Below, piece after piece: positions 38,701 through 49,333 of a DNA stretch of 64,000 bases (positions are counted from its first letter, which is position 1; the number at the start of each line of letters is the position of its first letter). Source of the stretch: Chlorokybus atmophyticus (taxonomy: Eukaryota > Plantae > Mesostigma and Chlorokybus algae). A program made the translations under genes and the position numbers. Location: positions 126,640-190,639 of the forward strand of contig RHPI01001616.1 in the NCBI GenBank assembly GCA_009103225.1, given 5' to 3'. The notes beneath the pieces are model-generated. The model made no database searches, had not been told where the DNA came from, and saw only the letters and a program-made list of their open reading frames with translations.

Positions 38701-41700
38701 ACCTCGTTGACTACATTCACAATGAGTACCAAAATCAGAGCGTCATCATCTACGCGCTTACTGTCGAAGACTGCTACACTATTCAACAGAAGTTGAAGGT
38801 AAGAGAGAACAGAGCACGGTCAACTCGTCACTCCTCGCTGTGAGTGTAGTAGTTGTATGCTAAGTCCTGTGCAGAACTGCGGTTTGGATTCAGTTGAGGT
38901 CTTCCATTCGAGTGACCACAAAACACGAGGGTTGAGCGAGAAAGGTGAGGATGGAGACCTCGCATTTGCTAGCTCTGTCTTCTTGGTATACATGTCATGT
39001 CTGGTTTTGTGTGCTCAGAGAAGCAGGCAAGGTATGAACGATGGAAAGCGGGTAGAGTCCAGGTGAGCATTGTGTTCGTTTTGCATGCTGATAACACACA
39101 CAAACATATAGAGGCGGGTGACACACACATTCACACAGATAAACAGTAAGAGCACAACAAACAGTCGCGTTGCAACCAAACAGATGCAGGTCAAGCGTGT
39201 ATACGCATGTGTGATGTGACATGCGCTTCAGTTGTGCTGCATCTTAACTGTTGTGTCGCCGTTATGCAGGTGATGGTAGCCACCAACGCTTTTGGTGAAG
39301 GCGTTGACAAGGCTGATGTCCGGCTGGTGGTCTTCTACTCAATACCTTTGGATCTGGTTCGCTGGGTCGAAGTACGTGTCCATGATGTTGTCATTCATAC
39401 ACGATGGAGATGCGTCTGTGCGGGCTCGTGCGCGTGCGCGTGCGCGTGCATGTGCGTATGTGTTGTTGATGTTGTTGCTGCTTTTGTTCTTGTGAAGACT
39501 GCATCCCAACTCTTGCTACTTGGCAGGGCATTGGCAGAGCTGGCCGGGATGGTGAGCCTGCAACAGCCATTACTTTTTACAGCTTCGATGACAAGGACGC
39601 AGCTGAAGGGTTGCTGTCAATGAAAAGGTGATATCAAGTACTGCAGCATAGTGCTTTTCGGACAATTAATATTCAAGCTAGTGTATCTGCAGTGATCGCC
39701 ATGAAGAGAAGAGACAAAACCTGCTCAACGTGATCAGAGTGTGGGAAGCGGACTTCCTCTGCAGAGTGCGCCATGTTGAGAAGGTGCACACACGCATTGA
39801 TGCCCACGAACACACGCACACATGAGCACGTGCATGCATATTCATTCGATCACTTGCTCACTTGCTTACTCATTCACACATACCCAAGATCGCACACGCG
39901 CACACGCCCACACATATGCTTGCCGACATCTATTCTATGCAGTTACTTGGCGACGATCCCGGCGCTGACTGCGGCAACTGCGATGTGTGCAATCCGACGG
40001 ACAACGCAGCAGCCATCAACACGATCGAAGCGAGAGACGACATGCTGAAGATGTTGGAGCACGTGCGGCGCAACGAGGGCATCACGTTGAAAACACTCAT
40101 CGAGATGTTACGACAGACCTCCACGACAAAGCACAAGTCGCGCGCATTCTGGACGGTAAGCATGCGATTATGACAACACGCACACGCCCCTGCGCACACA
40201 CACGTGCACGCGCCACGCATGCAATCGCAGAGACACATGCTGCGCTTGACGTGCTCATGCATACTTGACCACTGCCCTCCAGAGACTGGGAGTGCGTGCT
40301 CTGCTTGATGGCTACCTGGAAGACGAGCATGTCCCATACTCCAAAGAGGTATTACGTGTGATTGATTGGGCGCTTGTGGCTGCGTGTGATCTTGTGCGTG
40401 TGCGCGTGCGCGTGTGCGCGTATTTGTGGCTGTGTGTACGCGTGTATCTGTCTAGGTGATTGGTGTGTGCAAGCACCAGTACATACGCGTATATATATAT
40501 ACTTATGCGCGTGTGTGCGTGTGTCTGCCCGCGTGTGTTTGACCATTGATTCAGACTTGGTGCAGGGGGGAAAAGGTGGCAACTATTGTAAGCTCAGCCT
40601 TGGTCTAAAGGGTTTCACCTTTGTGATCAACCCGCCAGACACTTGGTCATTGAAGGCTGAGGACGGCCTGGTAATATAGCTTCATATCCTCAAGCTGATC
40701 CAAACATCAACTTGTAGTGCTCTGTCAGTGCAAGTTAATCTCACACGACAGGTTGATCGTTGTCTTGCAGGACCAGCACGTCAAGGAGTGCACCGAGTGC
40801 CAAGAGACTGGCGACCTTCACTTGTGTGACTTCTGCGAACAAGCCTTCCATAAAGATTGCCTTCCACAACACGCAGGTTGAACATATATCTACACAAGTG
40901 TGCGCGCGCGCGCGCGTGTGCGTGTGTAATGGCCGTTATTTTACTGCTTTCTGTTGACAATACTTACCTGTGTGGCAGTTCCTGCGGCTAATGCTGAGTG
41001 CTGGGCTTGCCCGAAATGCCTGGAGAAGGGCCTGACGCCCAGACAACTCTACCTTACGCGCAAGCTGGTGTTTGCATGGCTGCCAATGGCAGCATTGAAG
41101 GCAAGCTGATGGCACATACACAACATGCATTCACGACAATAATGAACTGTACTTGTAACGTTTACTTGTGTACTTTGCAGACCATTTTTAGGTCAGTCCC
41201 GGGCAAAACGCTCAAAACACCAAACCACATACTGGCACATGCCAAGGTGAGTGGATATGTGGTTTTTTTGTTTTTCATGCAGTGGGTTATGTCAGTCATT
41301 GCCAATCAACTTTAAAGTGATTTGTGTATGCGGCATGTGTTCATACAGGAGGAAGGAGCCCACACCAGCGATGTGTGCGTGCCTTGTCTCAATTGGAAGA
41401 TCTGTTGGGCAGACGTGGACGACAGGCAACAAGTGTGCGTACCAGAAGTGTACGTCTGCAAGGCTCCCAGAAAGGGCAACCATCACCGTTTCTATTCAGC
41501 GCAGGAGGTGAGCAATACCAAAGCAAAAAACGTTTGGCTGTTCGTTCAGCTGCATCTGTTGCATCAATATATACAAAAGGTGCAAGTGGGGTAGCACACA
41601 TATATTATGTCCAAACCCATGCAACACATCACACCACACCTGCACTAACCTATATACCACATACACGACGACCGGGCCAAGCCAAGCATGCGCTTTCATG

Positions 41701-44700
41701 CTACCTACTTGCTAACCCCCCCCCNNNNNNNNNNNNNNNNNNNNNNNNNNNNNNNNNNNNNNNNNNNNNNNNNNNNNNNNNNNNNNNNNNNNNNNNNNNN
41801 NNNNNNNNNNNNNNNNNNNNNNNNNNNNNNNNNNNNNNNNNNNNNNNNNNNNNNNNNNNNNNNNNNNNNNNNNNNNNNNNNNNNNNNNNNNNNNNNNNCC
41901 CCCCCCCCTGTCATGCATGCATGCACTTGCAGCCTTGTTTACCTGCACATGCGCCTTGGTATGTGTGTGCAGGTGGGTTGTCTTCGTTTTAAACGCACGC
42001 TTGTGCGCACACACATACACCATGCATTACTGATGCACCACTGATTTGCGCAAACATCTATCTCCAGATGGAGCGGTACATGGGTAGCCAATGGCGGCGC
42101 AAAAACATCGTCAAGCACGTTGCTAAAGCCATCAGACAAAGTCCTTTTCATCAGCAGCTACAGTTCGTCATGAACGTGCTCAGCGGGTCCAACTTAGTGC
42201 AGAAGGATGTGTCGGACTCCTCTGATGATGACGAGTCTGTTCAAGAAGCGGAGCAGAAGGACACCACTGAAGGTATAAGTGATATGCATACATCGACTTA
42301 CCCAGTACTGCACTCTCAGGTTGCATATGTTGTTAAGTGGTTGCATGTGTCCACATATGCTCGTTGTGCCAGTTTTGCCATTATTGTGCCTGTGGTGGTC
42401 TGTGGTGAAGTGTGCATGTCACCTGAAGCAAGCAGATTCACGCATGCTACTGTCTGTGCTCACTTAACAACCAAAGAAGTTTGTGCTTCTGTCTGTTCAC
42501 ATGTTGTCTCAGATGAAGGGCTTGACCTGCCTGACATTGAGGAGACAAAGCGGAGAAACATGAAGAGAAATCAGGCGTTTCTGGAGGGGATCATGCAGGC
42601 AACACAGAAGAGGCAAAAGATGGATGCAGATGCAGAGGGAAGCGGCAACGCAGAAGCTCAAGAAGTGGAAGAATGGCTTGATGAAGAGGGTGAGTTGTAC
42701 CAGCTTTGGAGCATTGATGTGGTTGTGGGCAGCAATTGACATCAAGCTCTTACATGCAGAGAGAGACTGCGAAGACAATGAGAGCATGCTGTCAACGCCT
42801 TGGACAAGGCTGCCAGCTGTTGTTTGCCAAAGACTAGAGAAGCTGGACTTTGAACGCAGGTGCGTGTGCGCGTTGGTGTTCGATGCGCAGCAGCCTGCTA
42901 TATGCGTTGCTGGCAAGCAATGTGTGCGTGTGTGCGCACGTGTGCCCATGCGCATGGGCGTGTGTGCGTGTGCGGCTGCTTGATAGTTCGCCTGCGTGTG
43001 CATGTCCACAGGCTTGAACCACTATGATTTACATAATCAACGTTGTGGACTTCGTTTGCAGGTTTCTGGCAGAACAAGTGTTAGACAGCTACCATCCCTC
43101 TTTCCGGACTCACGCCGGCACACCTCTCGACACTTCAAGGCGCAACTGCTTCCTCAAGTCTCACATCACGGACGAAGTCATCAAACAGTTGCTCTCATCA
43201 CCTGTGTCAATTGTTCGTACTCACCTTCTGGACGTGTTATCAAATTCTGATGTGCGGCTCTCAAGCTTCGGTGCACAACAGGTGAGAATGTCACATGCTG
43301 TTGTGTGAAGATTGTGGTGCTGTTGATGCTCCCACATTGTGTATGCGCATCTCAGCTCAAGGAGGCAAAGCAGAATGGGGCTGGAAAGAAAGCCTTTCTG
43401 AATGTGCGGATGCCATCAGAGCTGGAGCTTGGTATGTGCTATGTGCTATCTACTATAAGTTGCAAAAAGTTGATCTTTGTTACCACCCGACTAAATTGAA
43501 GTGTCGCACTACTGAGTGATCTTAATTCTCTTGATGATGCAGACACGCAGCAAGAAAAGCTGACATACAGAGTGACAGTTTCAACCGTTAAGAATGTTCA
43601 CCCGCTGAAACTGCGCGTGCAGCTCACTGGTCCCTTCATTGCAGCAAAAGGTTTGATACGTGCATTCTGTTGCGTGCGCGAGCGTGTGCATAACTTCACA
43701 CATCAAACACACAACATGTGACCATGTGTGCTCTTGGTAGGGTGCCGCGCCCATCGCAAATTTGGTAGCGCCCGCTTTCTGCGAGTTCACTGTGGGCGCA
43801 GCGTCTGGTACAATGCAAGCCGACTCGCCCAGATTGTTGACGAGACTTTTGTTGTGGCTGGGAGGCACTACCAATACATCTTTGGCAAAGCTCAACAAGG
43901 TTGGCACTTGTGCTTCTAGCGTTGGTCCATGCAGCACGCATGCAGTATATGTATACACAGATATGCATACATATGGATTATACAACGCACAGAAGTTTGC
44001 ACATTTTGACGCATCTCTTCCTTTGCACATTTTTGCTCAACGACGCTGTCACTCTCTACTCAGAGACACTATTCTTCTTTGCCACGCACGGGGCCAACAT
44101 CCCGACCAAGGATGAGATAACTGTCCAGCAGTTTCATGACTGGGCCTTGCCGCGCGTCAATGCAAGCCACATGTCCAGAAGCAAGTTCAACTCCCGGTTT
44201 GCCTTGAGCTTCAGCGAGTCAGGTCAGGACTAGCTACACCTGTTGGTATGCAGTGCATGTTGGAAAACACAGAGACGAGTGGGTGTGCGTGTGCATGTGG
44301 GTGGGTGTTTGCATATGTGTCTGTGTGTGTGAGAGCGTATGTGCACGCGTGTGTGCATGTGCGTGCCAGAAATAAGAAGAGAGTGTGCTCGCGCGTGTAT
44401 GTGCGTACTTACAGTGTGTCCACCACAGATGCTACAGTGGAACTGGACCCCACGCAAGCAACGCTCATCCCTGACGGATACGCGGCTGACACGAACAATT
44501 GCCTGACGGACGGGAGCGGCTTCATCCACTTGGACTTGGCGCACAGAATGTGGGAAAAGCTTGGCAGCAACCCCCTCGACGGCCTCCCGGGCGCCTTCCA
44601 AGTAAACAAAAGCCCAGATGCATCAAACTATAATCAGCTTACTCAATGTAAGTGTTTGCTCGGGTGCAGATGCGCTGGATGGGAGCGAAAGGCGTGTGGA

Positions 44701-47700
44701 CCGTCTTGCCACCCAACCAGTGGAGATGGCCAGACAAGCTGATGGCGTACCGACACTCGCAGAATAAGTTTGACATCCCTCAACCTGACACCAACCAGGT
44801 GCGCACGCCAGTATCACACATCAAGCACACGCACATGCACAAGCACAAGCACAAGTGTTGATTCTGATACGTTATCACAGCGTTGTTTGGAGGTCTGTGC
44901 GTATGCATCGGAGTACGGCCCTGGCCGCCTCAACAGGCAGGCAATGCCGCTGCTCATCTCACGCGGGATGACTGTTGATATGGCGGTTGAGCAACAGAAG
45001 GAGGTTCTTGAGACGGTAAAGGGTTGTTTTCGAGTATGACGAATGCGCGTGTATGCATGGGCACCAACTGCTTGTGAATGCAACAGAAAATTCAGGAACG
45101 CGTTCATACACTTGCGTGCACAAACACGCACACATGCACCTCAACGGATGTTTATGCTCCGCTTGTGTATTTTCGAGAGCTAAAGTACCAAGCTGAGCCG
45201 GCCTTTTGCTCTGTAGTTGTCCAATATGTTCACAAGCTCAAGCGCTGCGATAGATGTCCTGCATTCAGCTCAGGTATAAAGCCTGTTTGACTTGCTGTCT
45301 GCACCATCAACCTCCCCTGTTGTATACCTTGATGAGAGAAAGCTATTGCTCAATTATCACAGGCTGGAATTGAAGGCAAGGCATTGCGAATGCTAGAAGC
45401 TGGCTTCGAGCCTCTGAAGGACAGACACTTGTACAACAAGCTTTTGGAAGTGTACAAGAAGCGCGTTCGCGAACTGGACAATAACCACATCACTGTGTTG
45501 CGATCACAGAGGATGATTGCACAGGTGGGGTGGTTTTACGAACTTGTTATGTGGTTGTATGTTGGTGTGTCGTCTAAACACGTTTGTGATGCAGCCTGAC
45601 CCGTTTGACCCGCCGGTGCTCGGGCCAGGAGAGGTATTCTTGTCGTCGTCAAGGAAGATCAAAGGGCGCTCGGTGTTGTGTGTGCAGGTATGTTCTGTAT
45701 TCTTGTTGTAACTACTTTGTCACAACAGGCACGCGTTACTTGTCTTACTTGTGTCTGCCCACTCATACGGCTTGCATCTGACCTTCACCTTTTGTATTAC
45801 CTTGGGATACAAACCCAACCTGTGTTGTGTTTGTTTGTGTTGTGTTGATTGATGTGCCTGTACTGTGTGGTTGGCATTGCAACCAATAGTGAGGCTGACG
45901 TTGTGCTGGGTAGGGAGATGTCGTCATCATGAATTCGCCATGCACACTGCCAAGTGACGTGATCAAGGCAAGAGCTGTCAACTGTGCTCAGCTCCTCGAA
46001 TTGGGTCACCAGGTGAAAACTCACGGGCACTCTGCCTTAAGTGTTACAACTCGCACGCGCGCGCGCTTCCACCCGCATGTGCTGCGCGTGCGCGTGTACA
46101 TGTGCATGTGTGCATGCACGTGGCAACAGCAGACGGCATAAGCACAATGTGGTTGACACAAGGAGAATTGTCGTTCTGTGCACAGGACGTCCTCTTTATC
46201 AACATCGTTGATAAAGTCAGCTTGATGGCGAGGGCGTCTGGAGGCGACTTTGATGGCGACCAGCCGCTCATCATCTGGGATCCGTGAGTGCATCAATGTC
46301 TGCAATAGGAAGCAATTGCACTTTGACCTACACAACAACAAAACACATGTCGTGTGTGGATTTTGACTTGCAGAGAATTGGTGGGCTGCATCACCTGCAA
46401 TCTTGATCACATTGAGGAGCCTTCCTTAAATGAGTATGTGAGAAAGTCAGTTGCGCTTGTAGGAGAGGACATACCAACTGCAACAAAGGTGAGAGACGTT
46501 GTTGCTTATGGCACTGGTCGTGCGCACGTGGGTGCGTGTCTTGCGGTTTAGACCGCAGCTTCTTTGTTGCAGGAGCATGTCCTTGACTGTCAGGGTGTTG
46601 TCGAGGACATCCGAGAGACTTCGAAGCTCCTGGACCGCATACAAACCAAACACTCCCCAGGTTGCTGCAGCTGCGCACCCACGCACGCGCCTGCTGGCTC
46701 ACTGACGTACTCACTGACACACGCACACGCACAAGCTTGGCCTCACTGCACTGCGAATGGTACTGCAGAGCACCCCTTGGCTGTCAAGCTTGGATACCTA
46801 CACCGTCAGGCGCTTGATGCTGAGAAGCAAGGCACCAAGGTGAGACACACGCGCACACACATGCACATGAGCATGTATGCACAAGCACATGTATTATAGT
46901 GCGTGCACGTACGCACATGTGCGCGCACGTGCGCACACGCACTATACTACAATATGCAAAGGCAGACACTGCGTGCCTGCACACCAGTGCACTGTTTGTG
47001 AACATCCACTGTGCGTGCAGCTGTCCTGGGCAAGCTTGAAGGAAGAGGTTAAGGTCGCTTTGAGTGACGCAATGCAGGACGACACTGAGGCATCTCCGCT
47101 TCGCACAGCCCTGGATGTAAGTCTCAAAGAGCATTCCAAAACGATTGAAGAGCTGAAGGTATTGTTGTTTGTCCTAAGCTTCAGTGTTTCTGACCAAGCA
47201 ATGGTGCGTTGATGCAAGTAGACAACCTCTGCTTTAACTACCTGCAGGAGCAATCGGATGCTGCAGCATTAGATACGGATCTGTTGTTGCCTGGGCGTAG
47301 CGCTTATATGCAAGAAGCACGCAAACAACACCGTGCGTACAACAGGGGGTAAGCACATAAACATGCACTGGTTCTCAAGTACACACACACACACACAATC
47401 GTTATTCGGTATGAGAGTCCATTGTGCTGATCTGTTAAGTACTTGTCTTTGGCATGTTTGTTAAACTGCTGCTGTTTCAACTACAGGTTGCGTGAAGTGC
47501 TGTCGAAGTTTGAACCGCTGCTGAAAAATGATACACTATCGGAGCGGCGAGAAGCATTGTTGGCTGAAAGGAATGCGCAATGCAGCGCCGTTAAACATGA
47601 GTTTTTGACAGCTTTTCACAAGACGCCACAAGAAGACTGGTGAGAACATGCAACCCACACTTGCTGTAGGTTGTGCTCTGGACTTTGTTTGTTGCATACT

Positions 47701-48159
47701 TGAAGCAGCTTGTAACACATCTCAATATCAGGTATGCCAAAGCTTCGGCATACTATGAGGTTGGCGATACCGAGAGCTCATTTGCCTGGGAGGTAGCATG
47801 TTGTGATGTGATTTTCTAGAATATTACTGCATGCAGTCCCACACCGCAGAAAAAGCCCTTAATGACAGTCTGACTACGCGCGCAGGTATGTGGTGATGTT
47901 CTCACGAACATCAAGGCGAATGCCATAAATGATAGATACACCAACGAGTGCGCGATCAGCAAGTTGAGTAGACAGTGCCGAGAGAAAATGCAGAGGTAAG
48001 TATGGCATAGGGTATGATGATTATGTTGGCAAACATTGCGTTTGCTGTTAGGTGACTGCATAGGTATCACCACACTTTGTTTGGGTTGTCATTGACATCT
48101 ATGACTTGTGCTACAGGAGCGCACAAGATGTTACTGCAGAGGCAGGGGCAGCAATATGA
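35720..48159 (+). CDS. Multi-exon fusion protein: RecQ helicase - Zn/RQC - PHD finger - MBD-like domain - RNA-dependent RNA polymerase (cellular RDR family)
   Basis: Exons from 36.65 kb to the stop at 48157-48159 join in compatible phase without an internal stop. Helicase: WRPGQREAV, PTGSG|KS, DECH, FRNDY, ATNAFGEGVDKADVR, GRAGRDG, CR..CGNCDVC. PHD: C4HC3 at 40.77-41.02 kb. RdRP: RAHRKFGSARFLRV, KFNSRFALSFS, TDGSG, FQMRWMGAKG, LNRQ, MLEAGFEP, SGGDFDGD, KASAYY, FAW. The 5' end (ATG 35720, MVGAEEEFVDLT) is less certain. Confidence 0.85.
37218..40670 (+). other. Sub-domain: RecQ helicase core, Zn-binding and RQC winged-helix region
   Basis: Motif 0 LGFACWRPGQ; motif I PTGSGKS; Ia VVVPLNVLKWDQ; II DECH at 38064-38075; IV SVIIYA; V; VI GRAGRDG; four-Cys Zn site. 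No HRDC domain seen. Confidence 0.93.
40771..41019 (+). other. Sub-domain: PHD finger
   Basis: DQHVKECTECQETGDLHLCDFCEQAFHKDCLPQHA|VPAANAECWACPKC, a canonical C4HC3 pattern. Confidence 0.93.
41349..42085 (+). other. Sub-domain: MBD-fold-like segment
   Basis: LNWKICWADVDDRQQVCVPEVYVCKAPRKGNHHRFYSAQE|MERYM resembles the MBD pattern GW..E....DVYY.SP.GKKFRSK.EL.RYL. It is split by the gap-containing intron. Confidence 0.55.
43740..48000 (+). other. Sub-domain: eukaryotic RdRP (double-psi beta-barrel) catalytic region
   Basis: The ordered RDR motifs are present. Catalytic loop SGGDFDGD..IIWDP has DFDGD at 46246-46260. Confidence 0.96.
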
Positions 48160-48989
48160 GTACATTTGTGAGTGCGCATTCGTCAACTTCGTGTTCTCAG
48201 CTGTAGTGACTGAGCCAAGTGAAGCAAGGTCGACTAAGTGAACGCAAGTGTCACATGCCCGATGCGTCCTGTTGGCACAACCACTGTTTGGTTGATCTTA
48301 CTTGATCGGACTAACCTGCACCACACCCCGCCGCTTCTTGCGTTTAACGGGCTATTATTGCATACAGTTGTGCTTAGCTCTCGTTCACCCCTGATCCTAC
48401 CCTTTGCTCGAGCTGGGCTGTAGTTCATCCGCAAATTCTACCCTTTGCTCGTGCATCACATATTGTGCCTTGTGTGCATGTGCACAAAATGCAAGTGATG
48501 CATGCAACAAGTACGACATATGCATTTTGCATGTCTACTGCACAATTTCGCGACACCCTTGCCGCAAAACTAACATTGTCAGCCGTTCTGCAAGCGGCGA
48601 AACCCCAACCCTCCGGCATCAGCCTAAGGCTCTGGCGGCTGCAGTGGCGAGTTGCCCCGGTTGGCAATTTAGTTGACTGTGGCGCCACTTGTCCAGGTAC
48701 GGCGCTGTTGTCTTGGCTGTGCTCGCTTGAGGGCTGTGCTGCTGTGGGCCCAGCGCATTGCTTGTTTTATTGCTGCTGTGCTTGCTGTGTTGGCACGTCT
48801 AACTCTCTCTTGTGTGCCTACTTTGCCCTACCATCACCTGTTGGTTGTTTGTACAAGCAATGCGATACGGAATTGCACATGCACAGTGGCATACACAGTC
48901 AGCAGCATGAGTGTGTATAATGAATAGAATGCAAGGATTGTGTGCATTGACTTTACTGTCCTGCCACTGTCTTTGCCTATGCATGGACA

Positions 48990-49110
48990 CGACACTCAAC
49001 TACAACCACTCACACCTCAATCACGACCACCGCGCTAAACACACACTGTCTACCACTAGCTACTTTACTATTCTACTGCCCAACCCTGTTAGCCATGCAT
49101 GCATGTATGA
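48990..49110 (-). repeat. Copy of the dispersed GCATGnCTAACRGGG repeat family
   Basis: Reverse complement reads gcatgcatggctaacagggttgggcagtagaatagtaaagtagctagtggtag, matching the copies at 60-61 kb. Confidence 0.7.
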
Positions 49111-49333
49111 CTAACTTGCGATAGCACCGTGCGTTAGCGTCCACATCACCGCTCAGCAGTACGACCAGCACACTCCCCCCGACGCGCCTCTTGTGAGTAT
49201 GCGACACTGCGGTGCCCTACGACATTACAATGATGTATACTACATTAGACCTACTCCTGCGCTCCATCATATCAAGATCTCAAGCACAGGTGGTCCACAC
49301 CTGTGGGATATGTCTACAGCCTCTAGCATGCAG

